59,488 nt of DNA from IMG/VR virus record IMGVR_UViG_3300028398_000004, positions 1 through 59,488 of that record, one strand, 5' to 3'. Below, one piece after another: positions 1 through 7,680 of the stretch. How positions within the stretch are numbered: position 1 is the stretch's first letter; each line of letters starts with the position of its first letter. This DNA is from a virus. Both the position numbers and the translations under genes were made by a program. The notes below the pieces were generated by a model. The model was not told the DNA's origin, did no database searches, and saw nothing but the letters and a program-made list of their open reading frames with translations.

Positions 1-127
1 ATAGGATATAAAGATAAAAAATCATCATCGTTTGGCCATCGACCATAATCAAATATTTTTGCAATTTTAATTTGAAGCTCTTGTTTTTTATCTTTTTGAT
101 ATTTAAGCTCTATTATTAATTCATTCA
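1..127. repeat. Terminal duplication copy 1 (identical to 59362..59488); most likely a circular-assembly overlap
   Basis: First 127 nt (ataggatataaag...ttaattcattca) recur exactly as the last 127 nt. The identity stops exactly at both window edges. Confidence 0.95.
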
Positions 128-128
128 T
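1..128 (-). CDS. 5' part of a 76-aa hypothetical ORF spanning the circular junction (continues 59361 down to 59259)
   Basis: ATG at 128..126 lies directly after the stop of ORF 131..409. Reading through position 1 into 59361 stays open: MNELIIELKYQKDKKQELQIKIAKIFDYGRWPNDDDFLSLYPI... Confidence 0.55.
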   Translation of the reverse strand, partial: MNELIIELKYQKDKKQELQIKIAKIFDYGRWPNDDDFLSLYP

Positions 129-130
129 AA

Positions 131-409
131 TTAACTTTTTACTTGAAGCTGTTTTTTAATCATTTCAATCTGATCAGGAGTTAATTTTTTTAATGCCGTC
201 ATAGCTGCTTTTGATGGATCTTTAGGTTTACGTTTCCTCGTAGTATTACCTTTAGCTATATTTCGTTTAGCTGATTTAGTAAGCGAACCAATTCTTGCAG
301 CATTTAATGCAGAGCTTCGTAAAGTCCTTACATGCTCGATTAATTCCAAGCGCTTTGGATAAGGCATTTGAAGAAAATCTTCACAATAAATTCTATCCAT
401 TAAAGCCAT
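131..409 (-). CDS. hypothetical protein, basic C-terminus (92 aa)
   Basis: Track ORF. GGAG upstream of the ATG. Tightly packed with its neighbours. Confidence 0.65.
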   Translation of the reverse strand: MALMDRIYCEDFLQMPYPKRLELIEHVRTLRSSALNAARIGSLTKSAKRNIAKGNTTRKRKPKDPSKAAMTALKKLTPDQIEMIKKQLQVKS

Positions 410-410
410 T

Positions 411-614
411 TTAATCTCCAGTTTTTGGTAATATCAATGGATTATTATTATACAAATAATCAATTATTTCATTCATCTTATCTTCTTCGATAAGTTTTTT
501 CAATGATGCAAATAATTGCCGTAACAATAATGTTTGTTGCCCATGATGTAAATGTTGCTTTACATGATTATATGTTTTAGCATCTATTCGTGCTGTTAAT
601 TTAGTTTCAGTCAT
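411..614 (-). CDS. hypothetical protein (67 aa)
   Basis: Track ORF. ATGA start/stop overlap with the ligase gene. Confidence 0.65.
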   Translation of the reverse strand: MTETKLTARIDAKTYNHVKQHLHHGQQTLLLRQLFASLKKLIEEDKMNEIIDYLYNNNPLILPKTGD

Positions 615-2365
615 TTCTTTTCTCCTAATATATGTAATAATTGTTCTTCAGTTATTTGTGGTATATCATATCTTTCAGCTTTCTGTATTTTAGTTTTGCC
701 TGGATTTTCACCAACAATCAAATAGTTAGTTGCTCTTGTAACTCCAGCTGAAAATTCATATCCTTGTTGAGCTAACCATTCAATCATTTCATTTCGTGAT
801 TGTGATAATACTCCAGTAATGCAGTAAATTGCTTTAGCTGGATTAGGAAGTTTTGCGAAATGAAAATTTTTCATTTCTTTTGATGCTTTTTCAAATTCAA
901 ATACACCAATAGAAAAATTCTTTTTAGCATTTTTATGTACATGCATTGTCAAAATGCCAGTTTTCAAATATTGACATAATCGTAATGCAGTTTTATATGC
1001 AACCGAATGTAAACCTAGCCCAGCAATAAAATGAGCCATATTCTTTTCACCATTTACTGCTTGAATTTGCTCTATAATATTTGATAAAGTAGCTGGACCA
1101 ATAACAGAAATGACTTCATCTAAAATATCATAAGATAAACAATCAAGCAAGGCCCAAGGCTTTTCTATCAATATATCATAGCATTTTTTATTACGTAGTA
1201 ATTTTTCAATGATTTTTTCTCCAATTCCATTAACTTTAATTCCTTTTCCAGAATAAAAATAAGCAATAGAAACTATTTTTTTAGCAATACAATTATCACC
1301 GTTACAAATTAAATGTACTCCATTTACATGAAGCAATTCTCCACAAGTAGGACAAACTGCCGGGAGTTTAAATTCATTTTTATTTTTTTCAACTGATATA
1401 ATTTTTGGTATAATTTCACCAGCTTTTCCTACAGTAATAAATGATCCTATTTGAATATTTTTAACTGCTAACCATTTTGCATTATTACCTGTTACTCGTG
1501 AGTTAGTTGTTCCACATAGTTCAATAGGCTCATATATCACGGTAGGAATAACTCTGCCAAGTCTACTTACATTCCATTCAATATTAACTACTTTAGTTTC
1601 TTTTACTTGAATTGGAGGTTTCCATGCAATAGACCAGGCATTAGTTACGCCATTATTACCAGCAACTAAACGTAACTTTTCATCAGCGACCTTAATCATT
1701 AAACCATCAATAGGATAAATTACTGACCATTTATTATAAATAGTAAGTAATAATTCATTTAATGATTCAATATCACCATCATAAAAATAATCATGACTAA
1801 GATTACCAAAATTATGTGGAATAGCTGTCATTGTCGTTGCAGGTGCATCATATTTTCTTGAAAGCCATCCAGCTACAACATTACGAGGATTTTTACCATA
1901 ATTAGGATTCCAATCTTCCCAAGGCAAAAGTATTTCAACCGCCTGAAAATTACGAAGATGAAAAGGAAATTTAATATATTTCATCATATGAGTAATATCT
2001 TTACCACATCTACCATCACCTTCAAGAGTAATGCTAATTCCATCTTTTTCATGCGTTATAACAGCAGCACAGCCATCATATTTAGGCTCAATAACAAGAG
2101 GTTTACTTCCAAATCTTGTAAGAAATGGCTTCAAATCTTCCATATTGAAAGCTTTATTTGTACCATAAATAGGACGTTTATGCTTAACAAGTCCTGTTAA
2201 TGCACCTCGATCTTGAGCAGTATGATAAAGTAATTCATTATCAGGGTCAATAGCATAAAGCTGTTGCCATAAAACATCATATTCTGCATCAGTCATATAA
2301 GGAATGCCAGATGCATAAGCTATATTAGCTTGCTTTATTTCTTGCTCAAGTTCTTGTTTAGTCAT
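611..2365 (-). CDS. ligA: NAD-dependent DNA ligase (LigA-type)
   Basis: 584 aa. KxDG adenylation motif (EPKYDGCAA). Ia-like N-terminus YASGIPYMTDAEYD. Four-Cys finger CPTCG..CNGDNC. BRCT-like C-terminus YCITGVL..YLIVGENPGKTK. Confidence 0.9.
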   Translation of the reverse strand: MTKQELEQEIKQANIAYASGIPYMTDAEYDVLWQQLYAIDPDNELLYHTAQDRGALTGLVKHKRPIYGTNKAFNMEDLKPFLTRFGSKPLVIEPKYDGCAAVITHEKDGISITLEGDGRCGKDITHMMKYIKFPFHLRNFQAVEILLPWEDWNPNYGKNPRNVVAGWLSRKYDAPATTMTAIPHNFGNLSHDYFYDGDIESLNELLLTIYNKWSVIYPIDGLMIKVADEKLRLVAGNNGVTNAWSIAWKPPIQVKETKVVNIEWNVSRLGRVIPTVIYEPIELCGTTNSRVTGNNAKWLAVKNIQIGSFITVGKAGEIIPKIISVEKNKNEFKLPAVCPTCGELLHVNGVHLICNGDNCIAKKIVSIAYFYSGKGIKVNGIGEKIIEKLLRNKKCYDILIEKPWALLDCLSYDILDEVISVIGPATLSNIIEQIQAVNGEKNMAHFIAGLGLHSVAYKTALRLCQYLKTGILTMHVHKNAKKNFSIGVFEFEKASKEMKNFHFAKLPNPAKAIYCITGVLSQSRNEMIEWLAQQGYEFSAGVTRATNYLIVGENPGKTKIQKAERYDIPQITEEQLLHILGEKK

Positions 2366-2378
2366 TATAAAATCCTTT

Positions 2379-2591
2379 TTACAATGTTGGTTTCCAATCA
2401 GTAATAATTTCTTTCAGTGTTGCTTCACATTTAAGTAATTTCATTTTTTCTTTAAATGTAATTTCCTTACTTTGTCGAGTTATATTAATATTTGCTAAAG
2501 CACATTTAATTATTCGTTTATTCCAATTTCGTTCTACAGCTTTTTGCTGTGCTTTAGTCATTAAACGTTTAACTTTCTTTTTTCTTTTCAT
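2379..2591 (-). CDS. hypothetical basic protein (70 aa)
   Basis: Track ORF. Ends in ..ITDWKPTL, which echoes the DWKPTL motif of ORF 6732..7097. Confidence 0.55.
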   Translation of the reverse strand: MKRKKKVKRLMTKAQQKAVERNWNKRIIKCALANINITRQSKEITFKEKMKLLKCEATLKEIITDWKPTL

Positions 2592-2908
2592 TTATTATTC
2601 TCCTCGATAAAAACTGCTTCAAGCAAATGAAGATAATTAATTGCATCACCAATTTTTTCATTAATTAGTTCTTCATCAGGATAAACACCATCAACTGTAG
2701 CTTCTACCATATCAATGATAGAAACGAGATGTTTTGCAAACATTCCCCATAATGCTTGAGCTTGAGTTTCTTGCTTTATATCAGCTGCACGTTTAAAATT
2801 ATGTAAACGATCATTATTTCGTGCATATTCTTTCGCTTTTATGATTAATGTTTCTTTTGTTTGTGATTGTCTTGCACGAACAATTTTATTAAAAGTAGAA
2901 TGATTCAT
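2588..2908 (-). CDS. all-alpha MazG/DUF1599-like nucleotide pyrophosphohydrolase-fold protein (tentative)
   Basis: 106 aa. The helix EKIGDAINYLHLLEA resembles the MazG-type metal-binding helix. GGAG lies 7 nt upstream of ATG 2908. Confidence 0.4.
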   Translation of the reverse strand: MNHSTFNKIVRARQSQTKETLIIKAKEYARNNDRLHNFKRAADIKQETQAQALWGMFAKHLVSIIDMVEATVDGVYPDEELINEKIGDAINYLHLLEAVFIEENNK

Positions 2909-2924
2909 ATTTACTCCATTTTTT

Positions 2925-2942
2925 AAAAAACGAGCCGCCTCG
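2925..2942 (-). terminator. weak intrinsic-terminator-like hairpin (minus strand)
   Basis: Plus strand reads A6 (2925-2930), then CGAG-CCGC-CTCG (2931-2942). On the minus strand this is a short GC stem followed by U6. Confidence 0.35.
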
Positions 2943-3311
2943 GTTAGGTGTTGGGCAGGGAAAGTCTTTAAATTGCTTTGCCCGCCAAATATTATTTGCG
3001 ATGGCTATACGATGCCAACCGCTAAAATTACCTAATCGAAATTATGTATTTTCAAAAGGCGACTCTTATTACAAGAATTATACAAGTCAAGCTGATTTTA
3101 TGTTAGCGGCCAGCAAAGTTATTGCTCCGATCAATAACTAACCGCTTCGACGAAGCCATAATCATCTTGACAAATGACATCCGACAGTTCCGGTTTATCA
3201 TGGCTACACTGATTATCTCTAAATTCGGAGGAGATATACACTACAGGTATTATCAGCAGCCATAAAATTATATAATTAAAAGTCCACAAAGTTTTAACCC
3301 TTTATTAATTT
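2943..3311 (-). ncRNA. candidate structured non-coding RNA or cis element (ORF-free island)
   Basis: About 370 nt between two minus-strand genes with no ORF over 46 codons in any frame. G+C is about 40% by hand count, against about one third elsewhere. Bounded by the 17-nt palindrome (3312-3328) and the terminator-like hairpin (2925-2942). Contains four mutually complementary ATGGCT/AGCCAT boxes. Confidence 0.3.
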
Positions 3312-3328
3312 TGTTCAAAAATGAACAT
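3312..3328. promoter_or_regulatory. 17-nt palindrome copy (minus strand reads ATGTTCATTTTTGAACA)
   Basis: tgttcaaaaatgaacat, starting 19 nt downstream of the stop of ORF 3348..3770. Confidence 0.6.
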
Positions 3329-3347
3329 TAAGTTTTAATTGCTAAAC

Positions 3348-3770
3348 TTAAACCACCCGAAGAATTTCATTACGGGGTTGGCCTATGCGAATAGGATTAC
3401 CATCGTCATCGGTATCCATCCCATCATTATAGCCAAGATCAGCTGTAAACTCAAGTCCAACAAGATCACTGTCCTCTGTCTCTTCCTCCGGATCAAGTCC
3501 CAAAGCAGTTAAGAAATCTTTAACCATACGCCACATGGTATTTGATTTTTCTTCATCATCAGACTGGAAGTCTTTATAATTACCATACCAAAGCGTATGA
3601 AAAACAGTAGCGGCATTGTCTTCGCCATCAATCTCACATACTAGCATGCAGCCATAACGACCTGTATTATTTGATTTTGTTTCCTTAACTTTCGTAATCC
3701 TAAGATCATACTCACCAGCTTCAACAGGTTTCTGATCAGGGATGTCACTTAAACTTGGAATAATAGCCAT
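3348..3770 (-). CDS. DUF669-like putative ssDNA-binding protein
   Basis: Track ORF trimmed to Met11 (ATG 3770), which has GGAG 7 nt upstream. MAIIPSLSD..PVEAGEYDLRI and an acidic tail. Sits directly after a Sak4-type ATPase, as in known phage recombination modules. Confidence 0.5.
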   Translation of the reverse strand: MAIIPSLSDIPDQKPVEAGEYDLRITKVKETKSNNTGRYGCMLVCEIDGEDNAATVFHTLWYGNYKDFQSDDEEKSNTMWRMVKDFLTALGLDPEEETEDSDLVGLEFTADLGYNDGMDTDDDGNPIRIGQPRNEILRVV

Positions 3771-3836
3771 AATAAATCTCCTTATTAAATAGATTAACAA
3801 AAGTAAGCTACCATTAGCTTACTATAAACAACTTTA

Positions 3837-4625
3837 TTATTTTGTAATAGGAATAATTGTCTTACCTGCAAGATATGCACTTACAAGCTGATCCATTGTA
3901 ATGCCTGATACTTTCGGCATATCAAATACTCGAGACTTAGCTTCAAAGGCAAGTTTTTCAGTAAAAAATATTGTTCGTTTCTGCCCTTGTGTAGTAAGTA
4001 AGTATGCCTCATCAAAATCACAAGCAAGAAGCTGTCTGAATTGGCCGTTTACTGCAGGATACCTGGCAACTACTTCCTGCTCACTATTCATAAGTGTGTG
4101 CAAATGTACCGTTACAGCAACTGCACAAGGTAGCTCCTGTAAAGCAGAAACCAAGGTAGACATCCAATTTAATAGTTGTCCCCAATGTGCAGGCGCCATA
4201 CCTTTTTTCATATCAATTTTTTTACCTATACCTGCAGGAACAACATTTGCTTTTTTACATATTTCAGCGATTGCTTTTTGATTAGCATTTGTTAAACTGT
4301 CAAGTACAAGCATACCTGATGTTTCAGTAAGATAATCAAACAGACCTGATTTCTCATCTTCTTGAAATTGTTTCCAAAAATCAGAAAACATTACTTTACT
4401 TGGAGAAAAGTTATCTATTGTAACATCATCACGATTCTTTGCAAGTTTTTCAATTGTTTTCTCACCACCACGATCAAACATATAATAATGCACCGGCCCT
4501 TTCGTATATGTTGCAGTGAAATGCGTTTTGCCTGAGCCGCTGTTACCAGTCAACAGAAATTTCAAATTAAATTTTCTTTTCTTTTGCTTTAGCGGTGTTT
4601 TGTGAAATGTTTTTGTATTAGTCAT
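3837..4625 (-). CDS. Sak4-like / AAA_24-type recombination ATPase
   Basis: 262 aa. Walker A is GNSGSGKTHF. Size and position fit, between a nuclease and an SSB-like gene. Confidence 0.6.
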   Translation of the reverse strand: MTNTKTFHKTPLKQKKRKFNLKFLLTGNSGSGKTHFTATYTKGPVHYYMFDRGGEKTIEKLAKNRDDVTIDNFSPSKVMFSDFWKQFQEDEKSGLFDYLTETSGMLVLDSLTNANQKAIAEICKKANVVPAGIGKKIDMKKGMAPAHWGQLLNWMSTLVSALQELPCAVAVTVHLHTLMNSEQEVVARYPAVNGQFRQLLACDFDEAYLLTTQGQKRTIFFTEKLAFEAKSRVFDMPKVSGITMDQLVSAYLAGKTIIPITK

Positions 4626-4627
4626 TT

Positions 4628-5302
4628 TTATCTCCCTGCAGATAGTTTGTTAACAACTTCAAGCGATGGGTTATAACGTCCAAGAATATAATCAGGTCGT
4701 CGTTGATTTGGCTGAATACAAACAGCAATTATTCTCCAGCCATTATTAAGTTTTTGTTGCAAAATATCAGTACAAACATCTTCTTTTAAGCAAAGATCAT
4801 TATAAGTAGTAATTAATCCACCACCTACATGAACATTTGTTTTTTGATTGAACGTATTATCACGAATCTTATTAACAACGCTTTCAAGCTGATTTGCTTT
4901 TTCTTCAAGTTTATGTAAAAGTAACGCAAAACCTTCTACAGATTCATTCTTTTCTATTACTGTTTCTTTAATGAAAAATTTATATTTACATTTAAGTGCA
5001 AAATCAAATAAATTAACAAGATGATTATCTTTTTTAATCATTACATAATTATCAGCATTTTCCACTCGAGAATAAAGATAATAATCTACAATAGGATTAT
5101 TTTCTTTTATTGCTTCATCATCTTTATAATAGTTATCATTATATTTTTTGCATTCATCATAATAATAATCAAAAGAATTCATGACACTTATTGTATTATC
5201 ACGAATACCAATTCGTTGATTTTCTTCATAAGGTAAGCCAATATTAATTGCTTCTTCTTTTGGTAATATTAAATCTGATTCAAATTCAATTAATGCAATC
5301 AT
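4628..5302 (-). CDS. hypothetical protein (224 aa), recombination-module neighbour
   Basis: Track ORF. GGAG lies 8 nt upstream. A 20-bp perfect palindrome abuts its RBS. Confidence 0.7.
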   Translation of the reverse strand: MIALIEFESDLILPKEEAINIGLPYEENQRIGIRDNTISVMNSFDYYYDECKKYNDNYYKDDEAIKENNPIVDYYLYSRVENADNYVMIKKDNHLVNLFDFALKCKYKFFIKETVIEKNESVEGFALLLHKLEEKANQLESVVNKIRDNTFNQKTNVHVGGGLITTYNDLCLKEDVCTDILQQKLNNGWRIIAVCIQPNQRRPDYILGRYNPSLEVVNKLSAGR

Positions 5303-5314
5303 TTTTTATTCTCC

Positions 5315-5334
5315 ATAGTAAAAATTTTTACTAT
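5315..5334. promoter_or_regulatory. perfect 20-bp palindrome ATAGTAAAAATTTTTACTAT next to the RBS of ORF 4628..5302
   Basis: Read directly from the sequence. Left half atagtaaaaa, right half tttttactat. Confidence 0.5.
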
Positions 5335-5468
5335 TTAATTTTAAAATATTTATTTTGTCCTGCTAAAGGAAGTATAAGATAATTATCTTGTTCAATTTTA
5401 ACTACTAATCTATCAGTAGCTAAAGGACCAAATACACGCCCAGTTTTTGGATTAATTATTTTTCCCAT
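5331..5468 (-). CDS. small hypothetical ORF (45 aa, below track cutoff)
   Basis: MGKIINPKTGRVFGPLATDRLVVKIEQDNYLILPLAGQNKYFKIK. No clear SD. Overlaps the upstream small ORF by 17 nt. Confidence 0.4.
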   Translation of the reverse strand: MGKIINPKTGRVFGPLATDRLVVKIEQDNYLILPLAGQNKYFKIK

Positions 5469-5592
5469 AATATTTAATCACTTTATCTTTTTCTGGTATT
5501 TCAAATGCTTTAAATATATGAACAATTTCACCATTACAAATTTTTTCTTTGAGTTGAATATTTATTATATCACCAATTTTAAATTTACTCAT
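5452..5592 (-). CDS. small hypothetical ORF (46 aa, below track cutoff)
   Basis: AAGGAG lies 8 nt upstream of ATG 5592. MSKFKIGDIINIQLKEKICNGEIVHIFKAFEIPEKDKVIKYYGKNN. Confidence 0.5.
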   Translation of the reverse strand: MSKFKIGDIINIQLKEKICNGEIVHIFKAFEIPEKDKVIKYYGKNN

Positions 5593-5615
5593 TTTATTTG
5601 CTCCTTAATAAAATA

Positions 5616-6596
5616 TTAATTAGATTTTGATAAACGAGTTTTTATATTCTCTTCATGCTTATCAGGATTCCATTCTTCGCGTTTATATCCTTGAGGTGTT
5701 TTTTCAAGCCAAGCGAGAGGGTTATTGCGAAGCTTACAAAGATTGTAATAAGGGCATTGAGTAAAAAATGCAGTACAGGCGCTTCCTGGACATCTACGAA
5801 AAGAACGAATAATATCTGTTCGTTTTTCGCATCGTTGTTTATCTTCTTCAAGCCAATAAAGATTAGTTAAAATATCATCAATGTATTGCGTTAAATTAAC
5901 TAAGAAATGGTCTATTGAAGCACTTCGCTTATTGACTGTGATTGGATGGAAATCAATTTTATTCTTCTGGCATAAAGCAATTCGATAAGTAATTGATGGA
6001 ATCTTATCATAGAAAATCCTGCCTGCTGTTAAATATCCATCAGTTTGAAAAGATTGCTCGAATGTTTGTGGTGAAGTTTTATAGATACAATTAGCAGTCT
6101 TATGATCAATTATTTCTATTCCGCCATTTTCACTTGACAGAATTAAATCAATTCGACCAATGTAATTTGGATAATTATCACTATAACTACTAAGATCAAT
6201 TACAAAAGGTGCTTCAACTGCAATAACTTTACGTCCATTTACAGTATCAGTTTCAAGATGACGCTCCCAATATGCTTGATACATATTAGCAGCATGTCCA
6301 GGCGACTTAGGAAAAATCATATCTTCATCTTTCCAATGTGTGGCACCCTCAAGCTGCCAAAGAGCATTAAATGCTTTTACTGAAATAATAGTCAAGTCCA
6401 TTGCAGATAAACTATTTGAATCAATTTTCAATTGTTTATATGCTTGCTCTAGGCCATAATGCCAACAAGACCCAAAGACTAAATGAATACTCTTGCCAGC
6501 ACCACGAAGATGCATTATATACTGAAACAAGAATTTTCTAGGACACTCCATATAAGTGCTAAGAGAACTGTAATCTATTTCTTCTTGATAATTCAT
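5616..6596 (-). CDS. PD-(D/E)XK exonuclease, Cas4/RecB-like, with a Cys cluster
   Basis: 326 aa. GRIDLIL..IEIIDHKT (D..D-x-K core). One N-terminal Cys (YMECPRKF) plus a C-terminal CPGSACTAFFTQCPYYNLC, suggesting an Fe-S cluster. Confidence 0.75.
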   Translation of the reverse strand: MNYQEEIDYSSLSTYMECPRKFLFQYIMHLRGAGKSIHLVFGSCWHYGLEQAYKQLKIDSNSLSAMDLTIISVKAFNALWQLEGATHWKDEDMIFPKSPGHAANMYQAYWERHLETDTVNGRKVIAVEAPFVIDLSSYSDNYPNYIGRIDLILSSENGGIEIIDHKTANCIYKTSPQTFEQSFQTDGYLTAGRIFYDKIPSITYRIALCQKNKIDFHPITVNKRSASIDHFLVNLTQYIDDILTNLYWLEEDKQRCEKRTDIIRSFRRCPGSACTAFFTQCPYYNLCKLRNNPLAWLEKTPQGYKREEWNPDKHEENIKTRLSKSN

Positions 6597-6630
6597 AAAA
6601 AATCCTTTTATGTATGAAAAGTTAATATTA

Positions 6631-6700
6631 AAAACTCAAGAGAAGCAATAATACCAAGGAAAAATGATATAATAAGTTTAATCAGCCTCTCTTGAGTTTT
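6631..6700 (-). terminator. long-stem terminator-like hairpin downstream of ORF 6732..7097
   Basis: 13-bp perfect arms, aaaactcaagaga (6631-6643) and tctcttgagtttt (6688-6700). On the minus strand the GC-containing core is followed by a U run. Confidence 0.5.
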
Positions 6701-6731
6701 GTTAATTTAGCAAAAAATCAGTTTGTTTAAC

Positions 6732-7097
6732 TTACTCACCATTATTGAAATTGGCAAGTACTGCCTCACGAACTTCAGGCGGCAGGGCACCAAGAGCTTC
6801 AAGGGCTTTTTCTTCAGCGGTCTTAGTAACTCGCAAAGTCGGTTTCCAATCGCTGAAATCCTCGGCAATGATTGATTCATCAGAGTTAACAAACTCATCA
6901 TTATCATCAACTTCTTCAAGTTTCCGGCGAATGATTGCACGAAATGAAACTTTCAATTGGTTTTTAACCATTTGAAGAACCAGATCTTCGCCGAGGGTTT
7001 CAACCATTTCAGCTACATCAGTAATGCCAAGTACATTCGGCTCATCAACGATAATCTCACGTCCTTTTTGCTTTGATACTACCTTAATCTTTGCCAT
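6732..7097 (-). CDS. stand-alone early protein, paralog of ORF 14062..14442 (function unknown)
   Basis: 121 aa. Shares ..FRAIIRRKL.. and ..AEDFSDWKPT..T.EEKA.. with the other copy. Has its own consensus promoter and terminator. Confidence 0.75.
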   Translation of the reverse strand: MAKIKVVSKQKGREIIVDEPNVLGITDVAEMVETLGEDLVLQMVKNQLKVSFRAIIRRKLEEVDDNDEFVNSDESIIAEDFSDWKPTLRVTKTAEEKALEALGALPPEVREAVLANFNNGE

Positions 7098-7206
7098 TTT
7101 AAAACTCCTTATATAAGGTTTTTATGAAAAATCTCAACAGAACCATTCCATTGAGAAAATGTAAACTTAGCTTTAACGGCTTAGTTTGCCGCCTTTCATA
7201 ACCGTT

Positions 7207-7236
7207 AATATACCATACCCCGGCTATTGCTGTCAA
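7207..7236 (-). promoter_or_regulatory. sigma70-type promoter with extended -10
   Basis: Minus strand reads TTGACA (7236-7231), an 18-nt spacer ending in TGG, then TATATT (7212-7207). This gives a leader of about 100 nt to ATG 7097. Confidence 0.7.
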
Positions 7237-7287
7237 GCGGTTTTTTTCGTTGTATTTTCGGGCACTTAGCACACTATTGAATATTAC

Positions 7288-7614
7288 TTATGTATGAATA
7301 GTGCCTATAACTTTACAAAATGCTGAGTCAATCTTTGTTGCATGAGCAAGATTATTTTGTAAAATTTTTCTAAAACCACATTCATTTATGTCCCATATAA
7401 CTTGATATATTTTATCTTGATTTGTATCTATGATAAGATCATTTTCATAAATGGGAATTTTCTGCATATCAATTTTATTTGTGTATAACTCGATTGCGTT
7501 TATGTCAAATGGCGCGTTCATCAAGATAACACTTTCACCTCCACTAAAAAACACTAAGTTATTATCAGAAAACCAATATTTTTCTCCATCCCAAGCACGA
7601 CATTTTAAGATCAT
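7288..7614 (-). CDS. YopX-like protein
   Basis: 108 aa. LKCRAWDGEKYWF...IPIYENDLI...YQVIWD fits the YopX pattern as I remember it. Confidence 0.5.
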   Translation of the reverse strand: MILKCRAWDGEKYWFSDNNLVFFSGGESVILMNAPFDINAIELYTNKIDMQKIPIYENDLIIDTNQDKIYQVIWDINECGFRKILQNNLAHATKIDSAFCKVIGTIHT

Positions 7615-7680
7615 TTTATGCTCCTTTTATTATGTATAACTATCCAATTATCAAGCCTCCCTATTGGTCGGCATCGCTTT

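Noticed and set aside
1-127. Treating the 127-bp end repeat as a biological direct terminal repeat.
   Set aside because: The identity coincides exactly with the window edges and has the form of an assembler overlap. Physical termini cannot be inferred without reads.
3002-3142. 46-codon plus-strand ORF (MAIRCQPLKLPNRNYVFSKG...) and a 33-codon minus-strand ORF inside the ORF-free island.
   Set aside because: Neither has an RBS. The plus-strand ORF is on the wrong strand for the operon, and the sequences are unconvincing. The region is treated as non-coding.
5452-5468. Programmed -1 frameshift fusing small ORFs 5452..5592 and 5331..5468 at GGGAAAAAT.
   Set aside because: There is no canonical X_XXY_YYZ heptamer in the zero frame and no downstream stimulatory structure. 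Two overlapping small genes is the simpler reading.
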